Shown: positions 1 through 9,799 of the stretch, piece after piece | Position numbering within the stretch: the first letter of the stretch is position 1 | Layout of the letters: the number at the start of each line of letters is the position of its first letter | Assembly (NCBI GenBank): GCA_003009755.1 | Contig: PXUB01000037.1 | Location: forward strand, 850-64,849 | Length of the DNA stretch: 64,000 bases | DNA from: Thermoplasmatales archaeon SW_10_69_26 | GTDB taxonomy: Archaea; Thermoplasmatota; SW-10-69-26 | Reading direction: 5' to 3' | Translations under genes and position numbers: made by a program | Notes under the pieces: model-generated | The model's database searches: none | The model's input: only the letters and a program-made list of their open reading frames with translations | What the model was told of the DNA's origin: nothing

Positions 1-1226
1 ACCACGGCGACGGCGAGAACGGTCACGACCACGGTGACGAGAGCAAGGCCAAGCCGGTCTCCAGTGGCTCGCTGGACCTGCCTCTCAACACGACGTTCGA
101 GACGACGCTCGACGAGCCGACCGAGATCGTGTTCACGATCGACGTGGCCGAGAGCCACGACGGCGACAGCCTGACCCCGGTGTTCGCCGGGGCCGAGGTC
201 GTGCGCGGCAACGAGACCGTGTCCACCGAGTCCGACCTCGAGACGCGGGCCAACCCCGACGCCGACGTGCCCCAAGACGACCCGGCCGCCCGCGTGGCCG
301 TGTTCGCGCCGAACGGGGACAAGGTCTACGAGCCCGCCTTCGACCCCGAGGACGACGAGTTCGTGAACAGCAAGTCCTCGGCCTTCACGCCGGGCGAGAC
401 GGTACGCTTCGGCGGCACCGAGAGCGAACCCGTCGCCGAGGGCGCCGCGATCGAGAGCTACGAGTGGTCCTTCGGGGACGGCGAGGCCGCGACCGGCACC
501 ACCACGAGCCACAGCTACGACAAGCAGGGCGTCTTCGAGGTCGAGCTGTCGGTGACCGACTCCTACGGCAACACCGCCAGCCACACCGTCCGCGTCATCG
601 TGCTCCAGACGGAGTGGACGACCGACCTCGTCGACACGAGCTTCGAGGACGGCGCCGGCGACTGGACGACGTCCACGAGCGGCGACGCGCCCGCCGACGA
701 AGCCCGGACGACGTGGGCCCTCGACAGCCAAGGCCACAACTCCAGCACCGCCTGGCACGTCGGCCACCACCTGGCTCACCCCGCGGATCGGGACGAGACG
801 CCCGGCGCGGTCATGACGATGTACCCCGGGTACACGTCGAACGCCGACGCGACGCTGACCTCGCCGACGTTCACGGTCCCTGCGAACTGGACGAACGCCG
901 GCTTCAGCTTCCACGTGGCCGGCGCCAGCGAGGACGATCACGACCCGCTCGAGGTCACCTACACGGTCGGCGGGTCGACCGAAACGGTCGCCACCGTCGA
1001 CCAGACCGACGGCTGGACGCAGTTCCAGGAGCTCGAGGCCCTCTCCGACGCCAGCGGTGAGGAGGTCCAGTTCACCTTCCACTTCACCTCCGACGACATA
1101 ACCGAGCAGGGCCCCGGCTTCTTCGTCGACGACTTCGTGATCGGCGGCGTCGACATCCCGATCGTCAACGCCGACCTGCTCGAGGAGAAAGGCGGCGGCC
1201 ACGACGGTCACGACCACGAGCACTGA
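1..1226 (+). CDS. PKD-domain surface/secreted protein with a C-terminal jelly-roll-like domain and His-rich segments (5'-partial)
   Basis: The frame is open from nt 3 (HGDGENGHDHGDE...). It has a PKD signature (YEWSFGDG...HSY...G.F.V.LSVTD..G), a MAM-like segment (ATLTSP...FHFTSD...GFFVDDFVI) and ends in GGGHDGHDHEH. Confidence 0.8.
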   Translation, partial: HGDGENGHDHGDESKAKPVSSGSLDLPLNTTFETTLDEPTEIVFTIDVAESHDGDSLTPVFAGAEVVRGNETVSTESDLETRANPDADVPQDDPAARVAVFAPNGDKVYEPAFDPEDDEFVNSKSSAFTPGETVRFGGTESEPVAEGAAIESYEWSFGDGEAATGTTTSHSYDKQGVFEVELSVTDSYGNTASHTVRVIVLQTEWTTDLVDTSFEDGAGDWTTSTSGDAPADEARTTWALDSQGHNSSTAWHVGHHLAHPADRDETPGAVMTMYPGYTSNADATLTSPTFTVPANWTNAGFSFHVAGASEDDHDPLEVTYTVGGSTETVATVDQTDGWTQFQELEALSDASGEEVQFTFHFTSDDITEQGPGFFVDDFVIGGVDIPIVNADLLEEKGGGHDGHDHEH

Positions 1227-1257
1227 ACTCGTCCCCTGGACGGGCCTGGCCCGCCCT

Positions 1258-1276
1258 CGTTTTCCTTCTCTTCTCG
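1258..1276 (+). terminator. Pyrimidine/T-rich tract, probable archaeal terminator
   Basis: ttttccttctcttctc lies just downstream of the stop at 1226, between convergent genes. Confidence 0.4.
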
Positions 1277-1324
1277 TCGCCCCGCCAGCCGAGCGCTCGC
1301 CGACCGCGAACGCCGCCCGCTGGC

Positions 1325-2266
1325 TCAGGCGCCGGATCGTTCCAGGGCGGCGCCCAGCACGAGGGGCAAGATCGCCGTCGCCTCGCCGGTCACGGTCACG
1401 TGATCGGCCTCGGCTTTCAGTTTGTTCCAGCTGATCGCCTCCCGCATCCGGGCGCCCGAGAGCGAGCCGTCGTGTTCGCTGGCGGTCGTGATGTACACTG
1501 CCCGATCGAGGCCGTCGGCGAACTGGGCCCACCAGATCGTGTGGTGTTTGCTGATGCCGCCGCCGACCATCAGCGCGTCGAGCTCGTCGGCGTCCTCGAC
1601 GAGGTTCGAGATCTCGTGCTCGTCGCGGAGCAGATCCAGGGAGAACCCGCGGTCTTGCTCCCACCAGGACCACACCTGGGAGCCGACGGCGCCGTCGGTC
1701 AGCCCCGGCACAAAGACCGGGACGTCCTCGTTCGCGCACGCGGCCAGCAGAGATCCCTCAGCCCCGTCCTCGTCGCGCAACAGGCGGCCGATCTCCCCGC
1801 ACAACCGGCGGCCGGTGACCTCGCCCTCCCCGCTGATCTCGCCTAGCAATGGCCGGACGGTGTCCTCGACGAGCGGTCCGTAGGCTTCCTCGGGCACGAG
1901 CACGCTGCCGAGCCGATGGTAGCCGTGCTCGGCGACCTCGACGTCGTCGAGGGCGAACGACCCCTGCCGATAGGTGGCCTTCGTGCGGGCGATGTCGTGG
2001 TCGAGCGTGCCGCACGTCGTCACGATCGCATCGACGTGGCCCTCCCGGACGAGATCGACGAGCAGGCCGCGCATGCCCGTCGCAACGGGAGCGGCGGGGA
2101 AGGACAAAACGACCGTGCTCTCGGCGGTCAGCATCCGCTCGAGCGTGTTCGCGGCCGAGCTGACCTTGGCGGCGACGAAACCGCCAGCGTCGTCGAAAGC
2201 GTCCACGAGCGCGGCCGCCTCCCGGGCGTCGGTGAGGCGGACGTCCTCGACGGGGTCCGGGTTCAT
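1325..2266 (-). CDS. dys: Deoxyhypusine synthase
   Basis: Motifs TTCGTLDHD, TDGAVG, GGGISKHH, DGSLSGA and EAISWNK (active-site Lys). ATG 2266 overlaps the upstream stop (ATGA). Confidence 0.93.
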   Translation of the reverse strand: MNPDPVEDVRLTDAREAAALVDAFDDAGGFVAAKVSSAANTLERMLTAESTVVLSFPAAPVATGMRGLLVDLVREGHVDAIVTTCGTLDHDIARTKATYRQGSFALDDVEVAEHGYHRLGSVLVPEEAYGPLVEDTVRPLLGEISGEGEVTGRRLCGEIGRLLRDEDGAEGSLLAACANEDVPVFVPGLTDGAVGSQVWSWWEQDRGFSLDLLRDEHEISNLVEDADELDALMVGGGISKHHTIWWAQFADGLDRAVYITTASEHDGSLSGARMREAISWNKLKAEADHVTVTGEATAILPLVLGAALERSGA

Positions 2267-3411
2267 GTCAGGACCTCTTCGATCCGGTCGAGGCCGCGCT
2301 CGAGCGTGTCCCGGTCGACGGCGTAGGAGAGCCGCACGTGGCCCTCGCCGCCGGGGCCGAAGGCCTCCCCGGGCACGACGGCGACGCCCGCCTCGTCCAG
2401 GAGGTCGTGGGCGAAGGCGCCCCCGTCCTCGACGCCTGGGAAGCGGGCGAACACGTAGAAGGCGCCGCCCGGGTGCGGGAACTGGGCGCCCATCGCCTCG
2501 AGGCGATCGACGACCAGGTCTCGCCGGTCGGCGAACCCCTCTCGCAGTCGATCGACGAAGCCTTGGTCGCCCTGGAGAGCCTCGACGGCCCCGTGCTGGG
2601 CGAACAGCGTCGGATGCGTCACGGAGTGCTGTTGGACCTTGAGCGCCTCCTGGACGAAGGAGGGGCTGGCCGTCAACCACCCGATGCGCCAACCCGTCAT
2701 GGCGTAGGCCTTCGAGACACCGTCGACGGTCACCACCTCCAGGTCCTCGGGGGCCACCTCGGCCGCGGACGTGAACGTGCCCTCGTAGACCAGTTTGCCG
2801 TACACCTCGTCGGAGACGAGCGTCAGGTCCTCCTCGGCCGCCATCTCGGCGACGGCTGCCATCGTCTCCCGGGTCTGGACGGCCCCCGTCGGGTTGGAGG
2901 GCGAGTTCACCAGCACGGCCTGGGTGTCCTCGTTGGCCCGTTCACGCATCTCGTCGACCGGCACCTGGCCCTCGTCGCCCACCGGCACCTGCACCGGCTG
3001 GGCCCCGCACAAGCGGACTTGGGGGGCATACGAGACCCAGGCGGGGCTCGGGATCAACACCTCGTCCCCGTCGTCGAGCAGCACCAGGAAGGCCTCCAAC
3101 AGGGCGTGCTTGGCAGGCGTGACGAGCACCTGGTCGGGGTCGATGGGCTGGCCTCGCAGCCGCTCGTGGTCCCCCGCGATCGCCTCGCGCAACGGACGGA
3201 TGCCTTGACTGGGGCCATAGGTCGTGGCCCCGTCCCGCAGGGCCTTCTCGCAAGCGGCGACGACGGCGTCGGGCGTGGCCGCATCCGGCTCGCCGACGGA
3301 CAGATCGATGACCTCGTCCCCGCGAGCTCGCCGCTGGCGGACGGCATCGGAGATCGAGACGGTCCCGGACACGGGCACCGAGGCGATGCGCTCGGAGAAC
3401 ACGCCGGCCAA
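2263..3411 (-). CDS. PLP-dependent class I aminotransferase (aspartate aminotransferase family)
   Basis: Motifs GEPD, NSPSNPTG, SDEVY, SKAYAMTGWRIG and PGEAFG. Confidence 0.92.
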   Translation of the reverse strand: MAGVFSERIASVPVSGTVSISDAVRQRRARGDEVIDLSVGEPDAATPDAVVAACEKALRDGATTYGPSQGIRPLREAIAGDHERLRGQPIDPDQVLVTPAKHALLEAFLVLLDDGDEVLIPSPAWVSYAPQVRLCGAQPVQVPVGDEGQVPVDEMRERANEDTQAVLVNSPSNPTGAVQTRETMAAVAEMAAEEDLTLVSDEVYGKLVYEGTFTSAAEVAPEDLEVVTVDGVSKAYAMTGWRIGWLTASPSFVQEALKVQQHSVTHPTLFAQHGAVEALQGDQGFVDRLREGFADRRDLVVDRLEAMGAQFPHPGGAFYVFARFPGVEDGGAFAHDLLDEAGVAVVPGEAFGPGGEGHVRLSYAVDRDTLERGLDRIEEVLT

Positions 3412-3507
3412 GACGTCGGGCCCAAGATGAAGCTTTCAGTCCCGTGCGGTCTGACGGGCCCGATCGGGTCCGGAACCTTCATCGGGCCCTCCCAGGGTGG
3501 CCCGCGC

Positions 3508-4140
3508 GTGTCGATCCGGCGGACGCTGGCGGTCGACGCCTCGCCGGCCAAAGCGTTGGCGGCGCTGGCGACAGCCGGCGAGAACCTCGATTACGACGTC
3601 CGCCGCGCCGATCCCTCGCTGGGCGTGCTCGTCATGACCAGCCCCTGGACGCGTGAAGCCGTCAGCTTCGGCTACATCGCTACAGCCCGTGCAAGCGCCG
3701 GCTCGCAAGCGGTCGAGGTCGAGATCGACGTCACCCCCCGGGCCGGGTTCTGGGCGATCGAGGGGTCGGCCAGACAGGCCGACGAGCTCCTCGACGAGCT
3801 ACGTTACGTTTTGAAGGCTCCCGAGGCCCGGATCCGACGCCCCGAGCAGCTGGGCCGACCCGACCGCCCCTTCGGCTACCGGCCCGAGATCGCCGGCGCC
3901 GTCTGGGCCATCGCCAGCCTCGTCGTCTTCGGCCTGCTCGTCGGTGGTCGCTGGTGGCTGGCTGCTGCTGCCGGTGTTCTCGGTGGCGGCCTCATGCTTC
4001 GTCCCACGCAGGGCAAAGGCTGGACCGTGCCGGTCGCCCTCGCCGGGTTCGCCTCGCTACCGTTCGGCCTCGTCGGCCTCACCCTCCGCCGCGAAGCCCT
4101 CGCGCAGGCGTACTGGCAGGCCCTCAAGCGCGATGGTTGA
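3508..4140 (+). CDS. Hypothetical membrane protein
   Basis: GTG start. Soluble N-terminal half followed by about three hydrophobic helices, with host-like codon pattern. Confidence 0.6.
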   Translation: MSIRRTLAVDASPAKALAALATAGENLDYDVRRADPSLGVLVMTSPWTREAVSFGYIATARASAGSQAVEVEIDVTPRAGFWAIEGSARQADELLDELRYVLKAPEARIRRPEQLGRPDRPFGYRPEIAGAVWAIASLVVFGLLVGGRWWLAAAAGVLGGGLMLRPTQGKGWTVPVALAGFASLPFGLVGLTLRREALAQAYWQALKRDG

Positions 4141-4234
4141 CGCTATCAGGCTTTCGGGCTCACAGCCTTCACGGGCTCGGGGCTTTACCTTACACCGTCG
4201 GCGTTTTCCGCTCGAGCGTCGTTGGCGGCGCCGT

Positions 4235-5008
4235 ATGGAACCGGACACGGTGACATTCGCAGCCTGCGGTTGGTCGCTAGCTCGCCCGAGAGCCCACGGC
4301 ACCTCGATCGCGCTCCACGGAGACGCCGGCACCGTGCTGGTGGACGCCGGCGGCGACGTGGCCAAACAGCTCGCCCGCCTCGACGCGACCTCCTCGCTCG
4401 AACGCGTCTATCTCACCCACGAGCACCCGGACCACCTCTGGGGCTTGCCGGGGTTGATCCACTCGCTTCGGTTCACCTCGCGTGAGCGCCCGCTCGCGCT
4501 CGTGGGACCCGCGCCCGCGCTCGCGCGGGTACGCGGCGCGCTCGACGCGCTCGACGTCACGTGCCCGTTCCCGCTCGAGTGGCGAGAGATCGAGGACGAG
4601 GCCGGCAGCGACGATATCGCCCAGTGGGCTCCGATGGATCACAGCGTCGCGACCCTGGGGTACCGGTTCGGGGACGTCACCGTTCTCGGGGACACCCGCC
4701 CCACCGAGCAGGTCACGGACTTGGCGGAGGGGTCCAGCCTCCTCGTCCACGAGGCCACCCACACTGACGCCGACCGTTGTCACGCCAGCGGCCACTCGAC
4801 GCCGGCCGACGCCGGGCGGGCAGCCAGCCGAGCGGGCGTGGCCACCCTCGGGTTGATCCACATCCACCCGAGCCTCTCCGCCAAGAGGGCCGTCGAGGAG
4901 GCTGGTTTCCCCGATACCATCGCCCCCGAGGATGGCGACCAGCTCCGGCACACCGCCGAAGGGTGGGAACAACGGTCCGGAGTTGAGGACGGAACGGACA
5001 CCCCTTGA
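4235..5008 (+). CDS. Metallo-beta-lactamase-fold hydrolase, RNase Z/BN-like
   Basis: THEHPDHLWGLPGL (HxHxDH), GDTRP, HEAT and GHST motifs. Confidence 0.85.
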   Translation: MEPDTVTFAACGWSLARPRAHGTSIALHGDAGTVLVDAGGDVAKQLARLDATSSLERVYLTHEHPDHLWGLPGLIHSLRFTSRERPLALVGPAPALARVRGALDALDVTCPFPLEWREIEDEAGSDDIAQWAPMDHSVATLGYRFGDVTVLGDTRPTEQVTDLAEGSSLLVHEATHTDADRCHASGHSTPADAGRAASRAGVATLGLIHIHPSLSAKRAVEEAGFPDTIAPEDGDQLRHTAEGWEQRSGVEDGTDTP

Positions 5009-6222
5009 TGGCGGTTCTGTGCTGAAGGGTCGACCCTACCAGAACCCTGTGTGGCGCCCACCCTCTCGCTCCCCGGCCCGTTAGTGGTCACATATGTTCA
5101 CCAGACGGGTAGCCACGCGCTGTGGGCGCCCTGGCTGGATCGCGGTGGAAGGTGTACGGGCTCGCCCTAACACCACCTGCTCAGCGGATCTCTCGCATCT
5201 GTGAAGGCGGAACCAAGAGCACCTCCCAGGCGTAGGCTACACCCAACACACTATTGGGGTGGGCTCTTGACGGCTGCGGGATCCCGCTGAGATCGCCGGT
5301 CACGCCCACCCGCGGGTAGATGCGAACCACATCGCGAACTCGGCATCGTTGATAAAGGCAGCCACCTCCGTACGGGGACGCGTTAACACTCTGGCCCAGC
5401 GTCTAGCAGCTAGGCTGGGTCGAGTCGATAGTGGGCAAACGTGTGCATCGACGGCCTCGAAGGCAACCTGTTTTCGGCCGGCTAACCCCATCCCTGGCAC
5501 CCCGCTGACCGCCCAAGGCGGTGATCCGTCAGGAGAGGTCCTCTAAGTGTCAGACCCTTGCTTGTTGGTCGCCATGGTGGGCTGGGGTGCCTTCAAGCTC
5601 GTCAGCGCGGTGATCGGATCGCCGAAGCGCGAGAAGGAGGGGGGAGGGAGAGAGCAAGATGGTTCCCGTCGGCGTCGGTGCCCGTTGTTGGCGGATGTTA
5701 GGGTGGGGCCGCCCCAGGGGGAAGGGTGTCGCGTGAAGCCACAATTATACAAAGTCCCAGCCTTTACCGAGCTCGTTCGGGCGTCTGTGGGGCGGGAGAT
5801 GGCGGCGACGAGCTGCGGTCAACGGTTGTCTCTAATAGGTGACCGGGCTCGATCGTCGGCCTTCGTCGACTCCTCGGCTCCTGTGGGAGCCCTCGAAGGT
5901 CAGCGGATCTGCGTGAGGTGGCACAGGTGGTAGCCGGGCCTGGAGTCTGGCTCGCACCGGAGCCTTGCCTGCTGCCGATCGCATCCATCTCGTCGGGCAA
6001 TGCATCGACCGAAGGTTCCAGCTTTGGAAGATCAAGGGTGTTGCAGGGGGAGGCAAACGCCATCACGGGTCAGACTTGACGGCGAGGTGGAGCACCCTGG
6101 CTGGAGTCCAGTTTGCCAGCGGCTGGGCGTACCCATCTGAGCCCGTCAGCCCACGGTGTAATGCTGAGGCTGAACTGTGTTGCGGGTGTACCGTGGAAAG
6201 CCGACGGGCTTGGGGTCGATGG

Positions 6223-7542
6223 TTAACGGTAGGCTGCGAGGTCGGTTTTCATGAACTCGCGGAGGAGGCAGGTGGCGTAGTTCCCTTTGGGGAGGGTGAA
6301 CGAGACGGTGACGTGGTCGCCGCGGTCGTCGCAGCCGGCCTCGACCTCGCAGGTTTCCAGGGGACACCACATCGGTCGACGGGTTCCGTCGGCGGATAGT
6401 TTCGGCAGCTCGAGGAGGTGGAAGTCCTCGGTCGAGATGCCCTCGTCCTCGAGGATCCGCCGCTCGATGTCTCCCTGGAGGGCGTCGGCTGGGCCCTCGT
6501 CGTAGCCGGGCAACAGCCCGGTCGGCAGACCCCATCCCCGCCGGGTGGCGTCCCCGCATCGGTCGGCGTTGGCTTCCCGCACGGGGATGTTGCGGTCCTT
6601 GTCCGGGTTCCCCCGGGGGTCGACCGGCACGAGCACGTCTCCCTGTTCGGCCTGGCCCGGGTGGCCCGTCTGGGCGCGCTCCGTCAGCGCGCGGTTGAAA
6701 CAGTAGCTCTGGTAGGCGGAGACGAACAACCGCGCGAGGTTCAGAGGCAGCGTGTGGATCGCGCCGACAGCGTCGTCGGGATCCTCGGCCAGGTGCTCGA
6801 GCATCCGATGCTCGTGATCGAATCGCTCCGGCAACGACTCGCGGGCGCACTCGACGTCGCGGGAGGCGAAGATCTCCTCGCGTTCTTCGCGGATCCTTGG
6901 TGGATCGTGGCGGCTGGGGTAGGCGATGTAGGTCCACACCGCGTCCTCGAGGTTGCCATGCACCAGCTGCCGCCCGACGCGGTGCGTGACCGGACGGACG
7001 GAACCGAACCGCTGCGGGCCGAAGAAGTTTGGGAAGCCGCCCATCTCGAGCACCTCGTCGCGGATGGCCTCCGCGCGGCGGCGAGCCTCGTCGAGCCCGG
7101 GGTCGAGGTCGCGGACGGTGACGTGGAAGGTGTTGGCCTCGTGCTCGCCGAGCTTCGGGGCCCGGTCGACCCGCCACGTATCGACGACGGTGACGTCGCC
7201 GAGGCTGATCTCGCGGACGCGTTGTTCGGGTGCCTGGATGGCGATGTTCTGTTCGGTGACCGCTCGCTTGTCCTTCGTGCCGGTGAAGTAGACCTCGCGC
7301 TCGGCGATGCCGAGATGCTTGGCCAGCTTGCGTGCCAACCGATGGGTCTCCCAGTTGCGGGCCCGGATGCGGGCGAGCGTGTACTTGCCCTCGCCTCGAG
7401 CCTCGCGTACCGGGGCCGAGTCCTCGGCCACGCGGAAGTCCTCGGCGTGGGTTTTGATCTGGCCCCCGATCCCGGGGGTGTCGGTGGCGAAGAAGCCGAG
7501 GCCGATGTCGGCTTCGGCCCGCGGGACGTCCCCGTCGAACAC
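6223..7542 (-). CDS. truD: tRNA pseudouridine(13) synthase TruD
   Basis: Motifs EDFRV, GTKDKRAVTEQ, GFPNFFGPQRFG, SAYQSY.FN and F.LPKGNYAT.LLRE. Confidence 0.95.
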   Translation of the reverse strand: MFDGDVPRAEADIGLGFFATDTPGIGGQIKTHAEDFRVAEDSAPVREARGEGKYTLARIRARNWETHRLARKLAKHLGIAEREVYFTGTKDKRAVTEQNIAIQAPEQRVREISLGDVTVVDTWRVDRAPKLGEHEANTFHVTVRDLDPGLDEARRRAEAIRDEVLEMGGFPNFFGPQRFGSVRPVTHRVGRQLVHGNLEDAVWTYIAYPSRHDPPRIREEREEIFASRDVECARESLPERFDHEHRMLEHLAEDPDDAVGAIHTLPLNLARLFVSAYQSYCFNRALTERAQTGHPGQAEQGDVLVPVDPRGNPDKDRNIPVREANADRCGDATRRGWGLPTGLLPGYDEGPADALQGDIERRILEDEGISTEDFHLLELPKLSADGTRRPMWCPLETCEVEAGCDDRGDHVTVSFTLPKGNYATCLLREFMKTDLAAYR

Positions 7543-7546
7543 CGCG

Positions 7547-7825
7547 CTACTCCAGGTCGTCGAGCAGCTCGTCCTCGAAGTTGTCGAGGTCGCCGCGCAA
7601 CTGCTTGGCGGCGTTCTTGAGGGCGGTCTCCGGGCGACGGCCCTCGCCGGTGCGGATGACGAGTCGAGGCTCGTCCAGGACCGGGTGGTCCTGGATCACG
7701 GTCGACGTCTCCACCTTGTCGTCCTCGAGGATCCGCTCCTTCAGCAGCTGGAGCACGGTCCGGCTCTCGCCAGTGAACTCGAGATCGAGAAGGCGTTTCT
7801 CCTGCTTGTGAACGACGAACTCCAT
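7547..7825 (-). CDS. rpoL: DNA-directed RNA polymerase subunit L (Rpo11)
   Basis: GES.T...LL...ILED..V......DHP..DEP.L.IRT pattern, in the usual position after csl4. Confidence 0.85.
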   Translation of the reverse strand: MEFVVHKQEKRLLDLEFTGESRTVLQLLKERILEDDKVETSTVIQDHPVLDEPRLVIRTGEGRRPETALKNAAKQLRGDLDNFEDELLDDLE

Positions 7826-7838
7826 GTGGGTCACCTCG

Positions 7839-8513
7839 TCAGTCTCCGTTGCCGGGGCTGTACTGCGGGCGCGGCGGGAAATCGATCCCGTGGTCACGCT
7901 GGGCCTGCTCGCGTTGCTCCATGAGCTCATCGACGTTGTCAGGGGGGAGCAGGTTGCCGAGCCCGTAGTCGGCGGCCATCTTGGCGCGCTCCTTCCACTC
8001 GCAAGCCGGACAAACCAGGCCGTCTCCCTTCGTCTCCATCACGGTGCGGCACTTCGGGCACCGGGCCACGAGGACGCCGAGCCCGTCGTCCTTGGTGAGC
8101 AACTGGATCGACGGGTCGTCGTCGATCACGCGGGCTCGGATCAGGTCGCCGATCCGGAACGCGTCCTCGATCTGGTCGAGGTAATCCGGCGAGATCTTCG
8201 AGATGTGGAGCGTTCCGCTGCCGACCTCGGGCAGCTCACGGCCGGGTTCGGCGGCGTTGGCCTCCAGGTCGACGCTCACGAAGCTCTTCCTGATGGAGGT
8301 AACGCGGCCGATGACGATGTCGCCATCGTCGAGCGTGGCTGGGGTCTGCGTCCGCGGGCGGACGCGAGCCTCGAAGGACCCGGGATCCAGCTCGGCCTCG
8401 CCCACGCGAGCCGCGTAGACCATCCCGTCCTCCTCGTAGGCACCGTCGCCGGGCATGAACTGCTCGGCTACGCCCAGCTCGTCGCCTGGGAAGACGATCT
8501 CGGAGTCGGCCAT
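7839..8513 (-). CDS. csl4: Exosome RNA-binding protein Csl4
   Basis: VFPGDELGVAEQFMPGDGAYE, an S1 domain (GDIVIGRV, GDLIRARV) and a zinc ribbon CPKC...CPAC. Confidence 0.92.
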   Translation of the reverse strand: MADSEIVFPGDELGVAEQFMPGDGAYEEDGMVYAARVGEAELDPGSFEARVRPRTQTPATLDDGDIVIGRVTSIRKSFVSVDLEANAAEPGRELPEVGSGTLHISKISPDYLDQIEDAFRIGDLIRARVIDDDPSIQLLTKDDGLGVLVARCPKCRTVMETKGDGLVCPACEWKERAKMAADYGLGNLLPPDNVDELMEQREQAQRDHGIDFPPRPQYSPGNGD

Positions 8514-8537
8514 CGCCGCAAGCACCGGCCCACGAGA

Positions 8538-8552
8538 GATAAAGGTTTGGGC
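8538..8552 (-). promoter_or_regulatory. Putative BRE/TATA promoter of csl4 (leaderless)
   Basis: The minus strand reads CCCAAACCTTTATC about 25-30 nt upstream of ATG 8513. Confidence 0.45.
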
Positions 8553-9190
8553 CTCGACGCTCCGGACCCTCGAAGCAAGCGGCGGGAGGGCGGACCTCGG
8601 ACCCAGGCCGAGAGGGTGATGACGACAGGATGAGAACCGATTCCCTTCCCTCAATAAGACGGCTGAAAACCGCAGATACCTATGCCTGATCTGGTTGGGT
8701 CTTGAATATCTCGACCGAGAGTCTGCAAGACGGGTAGTGATGACGGATCGACGTCGTGGGGGGTTCCTGGCAGGACGGTCGCCGATCGGAGCTGGGCACC
8801 GGGGGGTGGACGTTCCCCGAAGCTGTGCCCCGTCCCGACCGGCGGGGGGCGATCGATGAAACACCCTCGAGCCTATCGCCGGGTTGGATGGCAGACTCAG
8901 ATGAAGCGATGGATCCCTGCTTCGTCGACCGCCGGAGGGGGGGAGGGCTCACCGCGTCAGCGTGCTGGGGGACGAACTACGGCAGACGTCGTCGGCTGCT
9001 TCCCCCACGATCGGAACCGATGGTCGGCATCCGGGTACCGTCAGGATCCAAGCGATCATCGACGACGGGAACGAGTCTGGGGACCGGTAACCGAAGCGGA
9101 TGAACGATGGCCGAGAATAGAAGTGATGACGAAAGAAGAGTCAGAGACGGAGGGGGGGATGTTCGGAATCGACGATACTTCTGTGTAAGC

Positions 9191-9799
9191 CTAGGTTTCC
9201 CATCGAAGGACCGTGATCTCGACGTCGGATTCCGGCTTGTCGTGGAAGTGGAACTGGGCGGGGATCGGGAAGAGGAACGGGAGCTCGTGGGTGACCTCCC
9301 CCCCGTGGTCCTCGATGCGGTTGTGGACCCAGTCGGTGGTCTCGGCGAGGTGGAAGGTCCAGCAGACGTCGCCGACCTCGGCCGCGGCGTCGATGAAGGG
9401 CCGGTCAGCGTGTGGGGACTGGGAACCGAAGGGGGGGTTGGAGATGACGGTGTCAGCGTCGAAGTCCGCCATCTCCTCGACCGGCATCGCCTCCAAGGTC
9501 ACCTGGGAAGCCCCGGCCTCCCTCGCGGCTTGACGGGCAGCCTCGATCGCCTGCTCGTCGACGTCGAACCCGTAGACCGGCATGGCACCCATCAAGGCGG
9601 CTCCGATCGCCAACACGCCCGTCCCGGTGCCGAGGTCGAGCACGAACCTGCCGCCGATGTCGTCGAGGTGGAACGCTTCGAACAAGACGTCGGTAGCCAG
9701 GCCAGCCGGTGTCGAGTACTGCTCGAGCTCCGGGTCGGGGTCGGGGATCGAGGGCACCTTGCTGAGCGCCTGCTCGATCGCCGTCCGCCGCGTGTTCAT
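9191..9799 (-). CDS. METTL5-family N6-adenine RNA methyltransferase
   Basis: LEQYSTPA, DLGTGTG.LAIGA and NPPFG...HADRPF motifs. Confidence 0.9.
   Translation of the reverse strand: MNTRRTAIEQALSKVPSIPDPDPELEQYSTPAGLATDVLFEAFHLDDIGGRFVLDLGTGTGVLAIGAALMGAMPVYGFDVDEQAIEAARQAAREAGASQVTLEAMPVEEMADFDADTVISNPPFGSQSPHADRPFIDAAAEVGDVCWTFHLAETTDWVHNRIEDHGGEVTHELPFLFPIPAQFHFHDKPESDVEITVLRWET

Noticed and set aside
5300..6066. Short ORFs within the 5.0-6.2 kb gap
   Set aside because: They show no motifs and lack the acidic composition and codon pattern of real genes here.
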